From Rhodospirillales bacterium (GTDB lineage: Bacteria > Pseudomonadota > Alphaproteobacteria > Rhodospirillales > Casp-alpha2), in the NCBI GenBank assembly GCA_040218645.1, contig JAVJQZ010000005.1, positions 9,988-73,987 of the forward strand: a DNA stretch of 64,000 nucleotides, read 5' to 3'. Positions 41,034 through 50,681 of the stretch are shown piece by piece. The notes under the pieces are model-generated. The model saw nothing but the letters and a program-made list of their open reading frames with translations, made no database searches and was not told the DNA's origin. Each line of letters opens with the position of its first letter. Positions within the stretch are counted from its first letter, which is position 1. A program made the translations under genes and the position numbers.

Positions 41034-41873
41034 TCAGTCGAACATGTCCGGCTGCGTTGCGGCGATATGATTGTAGATCGTCTGGAAGTGCAGCCAGCCG
41101 ATATAGTCGCTGCCCACGTGTTCGCGGCTGTAGGCCGCCGTCTTGTCCGACAGAAGTTTCGGCTTGATGCCGCTGGCTTCGACCAACAACTGCTGCTGAC
41201 AGGCACGCTCTAGCGCGATGAACCAGAACGCGGCATCGTCGATGCTGTGCTGGCTGGCGGTCAGCAGGCCGTGGTTCTGGTGCAGGATACCCCGGTTGCG
41301 GCCCATCTGTTTGGCCACCGACATGCCGCTTTCCTCTTCGACAGCGACGGCACCGGCAGAAGCGCCGATCACGGCGTGGCTGTTGTAGAACGCGGCGGCG
41401 TCCTGACTGATCATGTCGAGGGGCCGGCCGGTTGCGCACCAGGCCGTGCCGTAGGTGGTGTGCGCGTGACACATCGCCATGATCTCGGGATAGGCCTCGT
41501 GCACGGCGGCATGCAGGACAAAACCGGCACGGTTGATGGCATAATCGCCTTCGACCACGCGACCACGATGGTCGGCGAGAATCAGGTTGGACATCTTGAC
41601 CTGCGAGAAGTGCACGCACATCGGGTTGGTCCAGTACAGTTCGGGATGTTCCGGATCGCGGATTGTCAGGTGTCCGGCGAAACCGAAGTCGAAACCGTGC
41701 TGATCGAAGGCGCGGCAGGCCGCAACAAGGTGCTGCTTGCGGTACGTACGCTCTTCATCGACGCTGTTGAATTCGGGTATTTCAGGAAAGATCAGGCCTT
41801 CCTGCTCCGGCTGGTAAAGCGAAATGCGTTCGCGTCCGGTGCCGGTCTTCCGGTTGAGGTTGTCGTCCAACAT
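41034..41873 (-). CDS. class II aldolase/adducin family protein
   Basis: GHLT.RDP, NRAGFVLHAAVH, CHAHT.YGTAW and HQNHGLLT motifs. The ATG at 41873 is preferred over the extended track ORF. Confidence 0.85.
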   Translation of the reverse strand: MLDDNLNRKTGTGRERISLYQPEQEGLIFPEIPEFNSVDEERTYRKQHLVAACRAFDQHGFDFGFAGHLTIRDPEHPELYWTNPMCVHFSQVKMSNLILADHRGRVVEGDYAINRAGFVLHAAVHEAYPEIMAMCHAHTTYGTAWCATGRPLDMISQDAAAFYNSHAVIGASAGAVAVEEESGMSVAKQMGRNRGILHQNHGLLTASQHSIDDAAFWFIALERACQQQLLVEASGIKPKLLSDKTAAYSREHVGSDYIGWLHFQTIYNHIAATQPDMFD

Positions 41874-42010
41874 GATGATCCTCGCATGTCTGAATTTGAT
41901 ATGGCCTGTCCATGCCGGATGGGCCGATGCGCGGATCGTGTTCGACATGGCCGTTTTTGACAAACGACGTTTTTTCAACAATACATGAATCAGATTCATG
42001 GAGTGCTGAC

Positions 42011-42901
42011 ATGCAACGGACACCGAGCCTGCATGCCTTACGGGCGTTCGAAGCGGCGGCCCGCCTTGGCAGTTTCGCCCAGGCTGCCGACGAGCTGCAC
42101 CTGTCGCCGTCGGCGATCAGCCATCAGGTGCGCGCACTTGAGGAACATTTCGGCCGCCCGATGTTCGTGCGCACCAACAGGACGGTCATCCTGACGCCGG
42201 AAGGGGATCGGCTTCTTGCTGCGTTGTCACCGGCTTTTGAGAGCATTCATGCGGCCTGTGCGGAACTCAGCCCGCCCGGCCAAAAACAGGATCTGTCCGT
42301 GCACTGCACGCCGAGCTTTGCGACCAAATGGCTCAGCCCCCGGCTGCCGGGTTTCATGGCGGAGCACCCGAACGTCAATATCCGCATTTCATCGAGCGCG
42401 GATGCCGTCGACCTGTCCCGCCACGAGGAAATCGATGTCATCATAGGTTATGGTGATGTCCGCCGGGGCAAGGGGGTAACGGTGCTGTCTCTCGGCACTG
42501 AAGAAATCGCCGCGCTTTGCGCACCGGCCTTCGCCGATTTGCATGCCAACGCCGATGCGGCGGATTTTGCTGATCTTGTGCGTCTTGAATCCACGTTCAG
42601 TCCGGTACGCTGGTCGGACTGGTTCGCCCAGAACGGGCTCCGCGTGAATGCGGGACAAACGGGGCCGGCCTTTGATCGGGGATCGATGGTCATTGCCGCC
42701 GCTGCGCAGGGGTTGGGGCTGGCACTTGAAACGGTGCGGTTTGCGCAGGCGGAACTGAATGCCGGCAGTCTGGTCAGGTTTTGTGAGGACCGCTTTCGCA
42801 GCCTTGAGCGGGAGTTGCACTTCCTCTGCTACCGGACGCGCGATGAAAACACGCCGAAAATCCGCCGGTTCCGGGACTGGGTGCTTGAGCAGAGCCGGTG
42901 A
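42011..42901 (+). CDS. LysR-family regulator (GcvA-like subgroup)
   Basis: PSLHALRAFEAAARLGSFAQAADELHLSPSAISHQVRALE. Divergent from the aldolase gene. Confidence 0.88.
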   Translation: MQRTPSLHALRAFEAAARLGSFAQAADELHLSPSAISHQVRALEEHFGRPMFVRTNRTVILTPEGDRLLAALSPAFESIHAACAELSPPGQKQDLSVHCTPSFATKWLSPRLPGFMAEHPNVNIRISSSADAVDLSRHEEIDVIIGYGDVRRGKGVTVLSLGTEEIAALCAPAFADLHANADAADFADLVRLESTFSPVRWSDWFAQNGLRVNAGQTGPAFDRGSMVIAAAAQGLGLALETVRFAQAELNAGSLVRFCEDRFRSLERELHFLCYRTRDENTPKIRRFRDWVLEQSR

Positions 42902-42985
42902 GCGCGGATCACTGTAAAATCCCTTCGTTTGGTTCCTTCCACGGACTAGGATGTATATCCATACAGGGGATTTCTGGGGAACATC

Positions 42986-43483
42986 TTGGTTTTCAAGCGG
43001 AACGATAACCTTCGGGGTGCCAGTACCGAAGAGATACGCGGGATCGATATCCCGAAGATTGAGTATCAAGGCCTGCAGGAGGTATTCGCATACTGGTCCC
43101 GGGTGCGCGGTGAAAATGTTGCGCCTTCACTGCGCGAATTCAGGCTGGAAGAGCTGGCCCCGGCCATTGTTCCGAACATGACGATTGCCGATTTTACGGG
43201 GCCGCCGTTCGATTACCGGTTCCGGTTTTTCGGCAGCATGGTGGTGCAGGCCGCGGGTCTGGAACTGACCGGAAAGAAATATTACGCCGATGGCATCAGG
43301 GGATTCGGATACGAGAATGCACAGGTTTTCCCATCCGTCATCGAAGAGCGCCGCCCGATCGCGACCCGGACCACCTGGGTATCGGTGCAATCGATCAGAT
43401 ATGTATCAACGGCGATCCGCTTGCCGCTTTCGGCGGATGCCGTCAACATCACCGGCTGCGTGACGGTCTATCATTTCGGTTAA
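42986..43483 (+). CDS. PAS_5/DUF1457-type PAS domain protein (paralog 3)
   Basis: FAYWSRVRGENVAPSLREF......DFTGPPFDYRFRFFGS...G.ELTGK...IRLPLSADAVNITG. Confidence 0.75.
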   Translation: MVFKRNDNLRGASTEEIRGIDIPKIEYQGLQEVFAYWSRVRGENVAPSLREFRLEELAPAIVPNMTIADFTGPPFDYRFRFFGSMVVQAAGLELTGKKYYADGIRGFGYENAQVFPSVIEERRPIATRTTWVSVQSIRYVSTAIRLPLSADAVNITGCVTVYHFG

Positions 43484-43692
43484 GCACCGTGCAGATGTTT
43501 CACTGAAGAATCCATGCTTGATGTCCCGGCGGCATGAATGGCTACACATTCCCGGCTTTTCACGATAAACAGGTAATAGTTCCGCCAGGCGCAGCGATGT
43601 ATGTATTTTGATCAACGGATTTCAGGTGCCGGTTCGGGTCGATTTCAACCGGCAGGCCTGCTGCATTTCAGCGAAAGAGTAATTTATTAAAT

Positions 43693-45516
43693 ATGGAACT
43701 TCGGCGCTGGCAGCAGCACATCATCGATGACTTCTCGTCGATTCAGGCGAGGTATAAACGGTTTATCCTCAAGGCGCCCACGGGGGCCGGGAAGACCGTT
43801 CTTGCCCGTGAAATCATCGACCGTTTCTATGAAGGCAAGAAGGTTCTGGTGCTCTGCCACCGGCTGGTTCTGCTGGATCAGCTTCAATCGGCCCTGCTCA
43901 AGGGGCGGCGTGTGCGGACCCTGAAGGTTTCCGACAAGGGCCAGGCTTTTGAGGATTACGACATCCTGCTGTCGACCAGCATGCGGGCACGTGAAGTGCT
44001 CGAAGACGCCATCCCCAAAGCGGACCTTATCATCGTTGACGAGGCGCACCGGGTATCGCCGAACGGCAGCGGTTACCGGCGGATCATCGAGCTGTTCCGA
44101 GACGAAGGGAAAGCCGACGCCCATCTGATGGGGCTGACGGCATCCCCGGAACGGCGCACCGGCGATCAGCGCGATCAGCTCAATTTGGCATTCGATGCGA
44201 TCATCGACTGCGCCGATATTCAGGACCTGATCGAAGAGGGGATTCTGGTCCGGCCGAGATACCGGCCGCATTTCGTCCACGACCTTGATCTCGATGATAT
44301 CGATGTCAGCTCGGGGGAATACCCGATATCCCGGCTGACCGATGAAATCATCAAGTCCTCGATGCTCGACTATGCGACGCATGCCTATATGGAGGAACGC
44401 GCCCGGGTGAGCCCGATCCCGATATCGGCCTGGTTCTGCCCCGATATACGGGTCGCCGAAATAACCGAAGAACGGCTCCGGGCCATCGGCATCAATTCGG
44501 CGATCATCACGGCGGGGACGCCGCTCCGTGAGCGGCGAAGAATCCTCGCCGCACACGATACCGGCGAAATCGAGGCGCTTGTTTCCGTCGGTGTGCTGAC
44601 GGAAGGGTGGGACAATCCCGAATGTAATATCATCGTCCACATGCGCCCGACGCTTTCTAAGGTTCTCTGGGGCCAGTCCGTCGGCCGCGGCCTGCGCTCG
44701 TCACCCGGCAAGGGCGAATGCGTCGTCATCGATGTCAGCTCCAACTGGACCACGTTCGGCCCCGTTGAAAAATTGAAATGGACGCTGTGGAGTCCGCCCC
44801 GGTCGTTCCTGCAGTTCCAGAACCGCTTCAACTGGATCGGCCAGCAGCAGGATGACGAGGACCAGCCCGAGACCTACCTGTTGTGCAAGAACGATATCGC
44901 CAAGGGGCGGCCGTGTTCACACATCTATCGCAAGGATGATGTCGAGGGGGATGCCTGCCCCGTCTGCGGCAAGTATGCGGCCATCGACATTTATAAAGAG
45001 CGCCGGCTGGATCTCACGTTCAATGACAACAAACTGCATCGCATTTTCTTCACGCGGGTGCCGGAAATCTACGGTGGTCTGAATGTTTCCGTCTGGAACA
45101 GCCTTGCGGACAGTGCCTGGCGCACCGCCAATGAAAAGGAAATCGCCTATCTGCTGTTCTGCGAGGCGTTCGTCAGGTCGTCCCCTGAAATCGCCGAGTC
45201 CGAAAGCCAGTACTGGGAAGAGACGCTGAAGACGGAGGCCGAAGTGCGCCGCGAACTGATCCTGAACGGCCGCGATGTCGCGAAGCAGATGGAATTCGAG
45301 TTGGGATGGATCGCCGACGGTCTGGATACGCGCCGCGAAGTGCGCACCCTTCAGGCGAATTACGGGGCGGCGATCGTCGGGCCGATCCTGAATGAACTGG
45401 ATAGTGGTGATTGCGAAACGAAATACCAACGGGCGATCAAGATTACCGAGCGCATTGTGACGCTGGGCTGTTCGGTGGAGGACGATCTGCCGTATTTCAA
45501 CGGGCGTGATGTCTGA
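43693..45516 (+). CDS. SF2 DEAH-box helicase (ResIII + Helicase_C) with Zn-ribbon and an unassigned ~220-aa C-terminal domain
   Basis: APTGAGKT (motif I), IIVDEAHR (II), GLTASP (III), TEGWDNP (V), QSVGRGLR (VI). Then C-x9-C...C-x2-C (CKNDIAKGRPC...CPVCG) and a helical tail with no motif I recognise. Confidence 0.85.
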   Translation: MELRRWQQHIIDDFSSIQARYKRFILKAPTGAGKTVLAREIIDRFYEGKKVLVLCHRLVLLDQLQSALLKGRRVRTLKVSDKGQAFEDYDILLSTSMRAREVLEDAIPKADLIIVDEAHRVSPNGSGYRRIIELFRDEGKADAHLMGLTASPERRTGDQRDQLNLAFDAIIDCADIQDLIEEGILVRPRYRPHFVHDLDLDDIDVSSGEYPISRLTDEIIKSSMLDYATHAYMEERARVSPIPISAWFCPDIRVAEITEERLRAIGINSAIITAGTPLRERRRILAAHDTGEIEALVSVGVLTEGWDNPECNIIVHMRPTLSKVLWGQSVGRGLRSSPGKGECVVIDVSSNWTTFGPVEKLKWTLWSPPRSFLQFQNRFNWIGQQQDDEDQPETYLLCKNDIAKGRPCSHIYRKDDVEGDACPVCGKYAAIDIYKERRLDLTFNDNKLHRIFFTRVPEIYGGLNVSVWNSLADSAWRTANEKEIAYLLFCEAFVRSSPEIAESESQYWEETLKTEAEVRRELILNGRDVAKQMEFELGWIADGLDTRREVRTLQANYGAAIVGPILNELDSGDCETKYQRAIKITERIVTLGCSVEDDLPYFNGRDV

Positions 45517-45546
45517 TCCGCGTATTCGGCGTGCGGGCCGTTCTGT

Positions 45547-45801
45547 TCAGGCCTGCAATCTCCGGCGCAGATCACGCCGGAAATTTCGATCCTTCTTTAA
45601 ATACACCTCCCGGCTCATCGCGGCGGAAGGGGTCTCGAGCTTTTCCGCGTACAGTAACTGCCACTGATACCCCCGGGTGCTTTTGGCGCCTCGTCCGGCG
45701 TTATGTGCGGCAAGGCGCTGATCAAGATCAATGGTCCAGCCGACATAGGTTTTGGGTGTCGTTTTGCTTGTGGAACCCAGAACGTAGACGAATGCGGACA
45801 T
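45547..45801 (-). CDS. GIY-YIG nuclease superfamily protein (small stand-alone, UPF0213-like)
   Basis: FVYVLGS....TYVGWTIDLDQRLAAHN.GRGAKSTRGY.W.L.Y.E......A...E..LKK. The ATG at 45801 is preferred. Confidence 0.8.
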   Translation of the reverse strand: MSAFVYVLGSTSKTTPKTYVGWTIDLDQRLAAHNAGRGAKSTRGYQWQLLYAEKLETPSAAMSREVYLKKDRNFRRDLRRRLQA

Positions 45802-45932
45802 GATTGCTTCCAGCCGGTGCGTTTGATCTCTCCGCCCAAGTCCAGCCCCCGCCCGGAGGTGGCGCATTCAGGGAAATGAGCGAATAAATAATGACATCGT
45901 GAAGATGAAAAATCCGATAACGCACAAATGCT

Positions 45933-46487
45933 CTAGCTGTAGCGGCGCTTTATATCGTGCTCCTGTATTATTTCCTTTTGTTCCGGCAGCAGTTCGATGA
46001 TCGAAAGAACCCTATTGATGCGCCCCTGATCATCCATCATGGGCAGGCGGAGGGCGATCGTCGACAGGCTTTCCCCGCTCGAGAGATTGTATTCGTACTG
46101 TTCCGCGACCGGTCCGCAGGTGGCGATGACGTTCTGCAGGCTGTTAGCAACGGCCGTCGCCATTGACTGCGGCGCGAAATCGGCCAGGGTTTTGCCGGTC
46201 ATGTCATGCCCGTATATTCTGGTCATCCCGCTTCCCCAGTATCTGAAGACGCTGCTCTCAATCGGATCGCAGATGTCGTACACCATCATTGTCGGGGCAA
46301 GTGCGTGGGGGAACTCCATAAGCTCGATGTCGCCGTGATTGGGACATTTCTGATGACGCCGAGTACGGTCCCAGTACGCATGAGCTTCCTGTAGCGCTTT
46401 CGACAGCTGGTCGATGGTATATGTTTGCTTTTCCAAATTCGTTCCCAGCCTTTTCGGGATGACATAAAAGGAAAGCGAAATTATCAC
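45933..46487 (-). CDS. PAS_5/DUF1457-type PAS domain protein (paralog 4, most divergent, AT-richer)
   Basis: HAYWDRTRR...P.....L.....MMVYDI.DP..SSVFRYWGSG.....G.DMTGK...LRLPMMDDQGRINRV. Confidence 0.7.
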   Translation of the reverse strand: MIISLSFYVIPKRLGTNLEKQTYTIDQLSKALQEAHAYWDRTRRHQKCPNHGDIELMEFPHALAPTMMVYDICDPIESSVFRYWGSGMTRIYGHDMTGKTLADFAPQSMATAVANSLQNVIATCGPVAEQYEYNLSSGESLSTIALRLPMMDDQGRINRVLSIIELLPEQKEIIQEHDIKRRYS

Positions 46488-46691
46488 GGTGTGCGATTTC
46501 GGACATCGCCAAGCTTAACTATTAGGTCGGGCATTCATCCTATACCGAACCCCCCCCGCCTTCGCGTAATCGGGCCTCCCGCTCATGCGGCTTTCCTGAT
46601 CGCTGCCGGTCCGGTAAATTCAGCGAAGATATCCAGCCGTTCACACCATTTCGGATCGTCCCGGGCTGGCAGCCGGTAGTTAAGACGCAGC

Positions 46692-47582
46692 ATGCAAATC
46701 TATATTCAACGCTGGCAGGCGCTGTCCGGAAATATTCGCGGCTCGATCATTATCCTGATCGCGTCCCTGGTTTCGGTGATCATGTCTTCCCTGATCAAGC
46801 AAGTGGGGCAGACCATCCCGGTCATCGAGATTCTGTTCTTTCGCCAGATCATGGTGCTGATCATTATCTCGCCGGTGATCTTCAAAAACCGCGCGACGGT
46901 GTTCCGCTCGAACATCTACGGCATGCATTTTCTGCGCGCCTCGCTGTCCATCATCGCCATGTATCTGGGGTTCACCGCCGTCGTCAACATGCCGCTGGCG
47001 GAAGTGACGGCGATTTCCTTTGCCCGCATCCTGTTCACGACCATTCTCGCCATCCTGTTCCTGAGCGAGGTCATCGGCCTGCGCCGCTGGACCAGTATCA
47101 TCATCGGCTTTGTCGGCGTGCTGGTGATCATCCGGCCCGATCCCGACAATATAAATATCTATGCCCTGATGGCGGTCACATCGGCGCTGTTCGTGTCCGC
47201 CGTTCAGATCATCCTGCGCAAGCTGTCGCAGATCGACAAGCCGTCGACCATTCTGGTTTTTCATTCCGTCTCCATTACCCTCGTCATGGCGATCCCGGCC
47301 TATTTCCAATGGGTCATGCCCAGCGTCGATGAAATGATTTTCATCGTCATGATCGGCTCGCTGATGTCACTGATGCAGTGGATGTTCATCCAGGCACTGA
47401 AGGTCGGCGAGGCGGCGGCGATCGCACCAATGGAATACGTGCGGCTGCTCTACGCCGGGGTGATCGGGATCATCTTTTTTGCCGAGACGCCGACCGTCTG
47501 GACCCTGTCTGGTGCCGCGATCATTGCCGGCAGTACGCTCTATACGATGCGTCGCAACGCGCTGAAATCCGGGATCAAGTGA
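46692..47582 (+). CDS. DMT superfamily (EamA-type) transporter
   Basis: 10 TM with a duplicated EamA architecture. Confidence 0.85.
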   Translation: MQIYIQRWQALSGNIRGSIIILIASLVSVIMSSLIKQVGQTIPVIEILFFRQIMVLIIISPVIFKNRATVFRSNIYGMHFLRASLSIIAMYLGFTAVVNMPLAEVTAISFARILFTTILAILFLSEVIGLRRWTSIIIGFVGVLVIIRPDPDNINIYALMAVTSALFVSAVQIILRKLSQIDKPSTILVFHSVSITLVMAIPAYFQWVMPSVDEMIFIVMIGSLMSLMQWMFIQALKVGEAAAIAPMEYVRLLYAGVIGIIFFAETPTVWTLSGAAIIAGSTLYTMRRNALKSGIK

Positions 47583-47597
47583 TCCCGCTTTCACCTG

Positions 47598-49007
47598 TCA
47601 CGTCCGGACGACGACGGGGGCCGTATTCTCATGGATCCATCGCGCGAGCGCAGTCATGCGGGCATCTTCACCGTGCTGCCCCATGACCTGCAAACCGACG
47701 GGCATGCCGTCGACGGCCATCACCGGCACGGTCACGACGGGTGCGCCAAACATCGAGCTGGGATAGTTGAACACCGCATCGCCGGTCGGTCTGGGCGCCA
47801 GCGACTCGCCGGGTTTGTCGCCCGCCCAAAGTGGCGCAGGACCGGGGCAGGAAAGCGTAATCGCGGCATCGGCCAGGGGCGCCAGTGCCGCATGACACGC
47901 CCGCGCATGTTCGCGAGCCAGCAGCAGGCTTTTGTAATCGTCCGGCGTCATCTGCTCTGCTTTGGCGAGGGTCGCCTGTGTGCGGGCACTGACGCCGTCG
48001 GGGGCACGGTCGACGAGGTTGCGCTGATACCACCGGTTTTCCCATGCCGTAATCGAACCAGTGACTGCCGTCGCGTTGGCGATGGCGGCCTCGATACTCT
48101 CGACCCATGGATGGTCCTTGCGGTGCAGCAGCGTGATACCGGCGCGTTTCAGGTTCTCCAAAAGCTGTTCAAAGGCAGAAACAGTGCCGGGGTCGAGCTT
48201 CGCCCAGCCTTCGGTTTCAAGAACGATCAACCGTTCCGGGCGGACCGGGTGCGGCGGTGTCATCGGCCCGATCAACCCGGGGGCGCCGGGATCGCCGCCG
48301 ATGCGGCTGGCGATCTCGATGGCCACCTGCCACATGTCTTCGATGGACGCGGCGTGTGGCCCATGGGTGCTCATGGACGTCGTCTGACGTTCGCCGCGAT
48401 GGATGCCACCCTGGCTGGGTTTCAGGGCGAAGTTCCCGCAGAACGCCGCCGGGCGGATGATCGAGCCGCCGACCTGGGTGCCGATTGCGGCCGGCATCAT
48501 GGAACTGCCGACGCCCGCTGCCGAGCCTGACGAAGACCCGCCCGGGGTTCGTGCGGGATCGAACGGGTTGGTGGTCGGTCCGGGATGATTGCCGCCCAGT
48601 TCCGCCGTGACGGTCTTGCCGAATATCACCGCCCCGGCCTGGCGCAGCGCCCACACGGCGGCGTTATCGTTCTTCGGGAAATTGTCTTTCAGGGCGGCGC
48701 ACCCCATGCCGGTCGGCATGTCTCTGGTTTCGAGCAGGTCCTTGATCCCGACCGGCATGCCGTCGATCGCCGAAAGCGGATGGCCGCTCTTCCAGCGTTT
48801 GCTGCTGGCGTCAGCGGCTTCTCGCGCGGCATCTTCGTTCAGGGACGCAAAGGCCTGAACAACCGGTTCGCGTGCGTGGACAGTTTCCAGGCAGCGTTCC
48901 AGATAGGCGCTGGGCGTGTCCGAGCCGTCGGCGAATGCAGGGCGGATATCGTGGAAGGTCAGGCCTTTGAAAGTGCGGGGATCATATTCGGGAATCTGGC
49001 TGTCCAT
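47598..49007 (-). CDS. amidase signature (AS) family enzyme
   Basis: GGSSSGSAAGVG signature with upstream catalytic K (GIKD). The ATG at 49007 (MDSQIPEYD) is preferred over the track start at 49133. Confidence 0.87.
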   Translation of the reverse strand: MDSQIPEYDPRTFKGLTFHDIRPAFADGSDTPSAYLERCLETVHAREPVVQAFASLNEDAAREAADASSKRWKSGHPLSAIDGMPVGIKDLLETRDMPTGMGCAALKDNFPKNDNAAVWALRQAGAVIFGKTVTAELGGNHPGPTTNPFDPARTPGGSSSGSAAGVGSSMMPAAIGTQVGGSIIRPAAFCGNFALKPSQGGIHRGERQTTSMSTHGPHAASIEDMWQVAIEIASRIGGDPGAPGLIGPMTPPHPVRPERLIVLETEGWAKLDPGTVSAFEQLLENLKRAGITLLHRKDHPWVESIEAAIANATAVTGSITAWENRWYQRNLVDRAPDGVSARTQATLAKAEQMTPDDYKSLLLAREHARACHAALAPLADAAITLSCPGPAPLWAGDKPGESLAPRPTGDAVFNYPSSMFGAPVVTVPVMAVDGMPVGLQVMGQHGEDARMTALARWIHENTAPVVVRT

Positions 49008-49201
49008 GGTCGCGTTTCCTGTCCGGTGCATTGATCTGTCTGCCGATACTAACGCAGAGAGGGGAACTGGCCAGAATTGAGTTGCGTACGGCACCATTGA
49101 TCTGACCTCCGGGTTCGGTCTTTCGGCGCACAAGCCTTTGCATAATAGGATAATCAGGATAAAAAACCGGCGTCGCGCGTAATCTTAAGCAGGAAACGAT
49201 A

Positions 49202-49822
49202 ATGAATTGGTTGGAAGTTCTGGGGTACATCGCTTCCGGCGCGGTGTTTGCGACGTTCTGGATGAAAACGATCATCCCGCTTCGGCTGTTCGCCATTGCC
49301 GGAAACGCTTTGTACTTCGGTTACGGTGTCAATGCGGAGCTTGGGAACATCATTTTGCTGCATGGCTCGCTGTTGCCGCTGAACCTGTTCCGGTTATATC
49401 AGGCAGTGACCCTCAGAAAGCGGCTGCATGAAATGGCGCATTCGGGTTTCGATCCCCGATCACTGCTGCCCTTCATGGCACCGATGGAAAAAACCGCCGG
49501 CAGCTATCTCTTTAAACGCGGCGATAACGCGAGGGATATTTATTACCTGATGGATGGCACGGTGCGGATCGAGGAACTCGGTCTTCAGATACAGGCCGGT
49601 CAGCTCGTCGGTGAGATCGCCATGTTCACGCCGGACAAGAACCGGACCCAGTCGATCAAATGCGTAACAGACTGCAAGCTGATGCGCATCAGCGAAGAAA
49701 AAACACTCCAGCTGTATGCCGAAAACCCGGAATTTGGTCTCTATGTGACGAAGATGATGGTCGCGCGCCTGCTTGAAAACGCGCAGATACCCAATCGCAC
49801 TAACCCGGCGGCACCTGCGTGA
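49202..49822 (+). CDS. membrane-anchored cyclic-nucleotide-binding domain protein
   Basis: Two or three N-terminal TM helices, then a cNMP-binding beta-barrel (YLFKRGD.A...YYLMDG.V.I......AGQLVGEIAMF). No DNA-binding or other output domain. Confidence 0.75.
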   Translation: MNWLEVLGYIASGAVFATFWMKTIIPLRLFAIAGNALYFGYGVNAELGNIILLHGSLLPLNLFRLYQAVTLRKRLHEMAHSGFDPRSLLPFMAPMEKTAGSYLFKRGDNARDIYYLMDGTVRIEELGLQIQAGQLVGEIAMFTPDKNRTQSIKCVTDCKLMRISEEKTLQLYAENPEFGLYVTKMMVARLLENAQIPNRTNPAAPA

Positions 49823-49920
49823 ATCAGGCGCGTCCCGCATCTTTCCATCTATCCAAGTCCTGAAAATGAGCCTATAGGGGGCGCGTGCAAGAGTGTTGCA
49901 GGCTGATGCAGGCGCTTTGA

Positions 49921-50523
49921 ATGTCTCAAACAACAACGGCTTCTCAGGTTCCGCCCGGTCCGGGCGGCGGCAAACCGCCGCGCCATTGGGCCATTATCAA
50001 GGACGCTTTTTCCCGCGAGGAATGCGCACGCCTGAGCGTGGCATTCGCAGACCTGGATGCCCACGAAGGCGGTCTGGTCGCCGGACGGTTCGACCAGAAA
50101 GTGCGTCAGTCGGCCCTCGTGTGGTTGCCGGAAGAAGAGGCATTTGATTGGGTGGCGCAACGCATCACCCGTTTGGCGGGGGATGCCAACCGCGATGTCT
50201 TCCGCTATGCGCTCGACGGTTTTGAAGAGCAGCTGCAGCTCGCGCTTTACGGTCCCGGTCACTATTACAACTGGCATATCGACCGTGGCCGTGGCGCTGT
50301 CGCCGGGCGGCGCAAGCTGACCCTGTCGGTGCAGCTGAGCGACCCGGCAGATTATGTGGGTGGCGAGCTTGAACTGAACGCCGACGGGCATCCGTTTCAG
50401 GTCCCCGTCGATCAGGGGGCGATGGTCGTGTTCCCGGCGCATACGCTGCACCGCGTGGCGCCGGTGGTGTCCGGAAACCGGCTTTCACTGGTGAGCTGGA
50501 TACACGGCCCGGACTTCGTGTGA
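49921..50523 (+). CDS. 2OG-Fe(II) oxygenase, prolyl-4-hydroxylase-like
   Basis: YNWHIDRG (HxD), GGEL, FPAHTLHRV (distal H) and RLSLVSW (2OG-binding R). Confidence 0.8.
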   Translation: MSQTTTASQVPPGPGGGKPPRHWAIIKDAFSREECARLSVAFADLDAHEGGLVAGRFDQKVRQSALVWLPEEEAFDWVAQRITRLAGDANRDVFRYALDGFEEQLQLALYGPGHYYNWHIDRGRGAVAGRRKLTLSVQLSDPADYVGGELELNADGHPFQVPVDQGAMVVFPAHTLHRVAPVVSGNRLSLVSWIHGPDFV

Positions 50524-50543
50524 GCGGCCCCCGTCCGTTTGTC

Positions 50544-50624
50544 TGGACCCCGGCCGGCGCCGGGGTGACGGTGTGTAGAAGCAGGCGTTGTAGGCTTACC
50601 GCGTCAGCGGCTGTCCTTGATGCG
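50544..50624. repeat. copy A of an ~81-82-nt imperfect direct repeat (half REP plus a degenerate copy of the ettA 3' end)
   Basis: tggaccccggccggcgccggggtgacggtgtgtagaagcaggcgttgtaggcttaccgcgtcagcggctgtccttgatgcg aligns with 53323..53404 with roughly 9 mismatches and 1 indel (counted by eye). Confidence 0.75.
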
Positions 50625-50681
50625 CCTGTATTGAAATGTCGATGAGCGCCGGATGCCCGCGACCGGCCAAAAGCAGACCCC

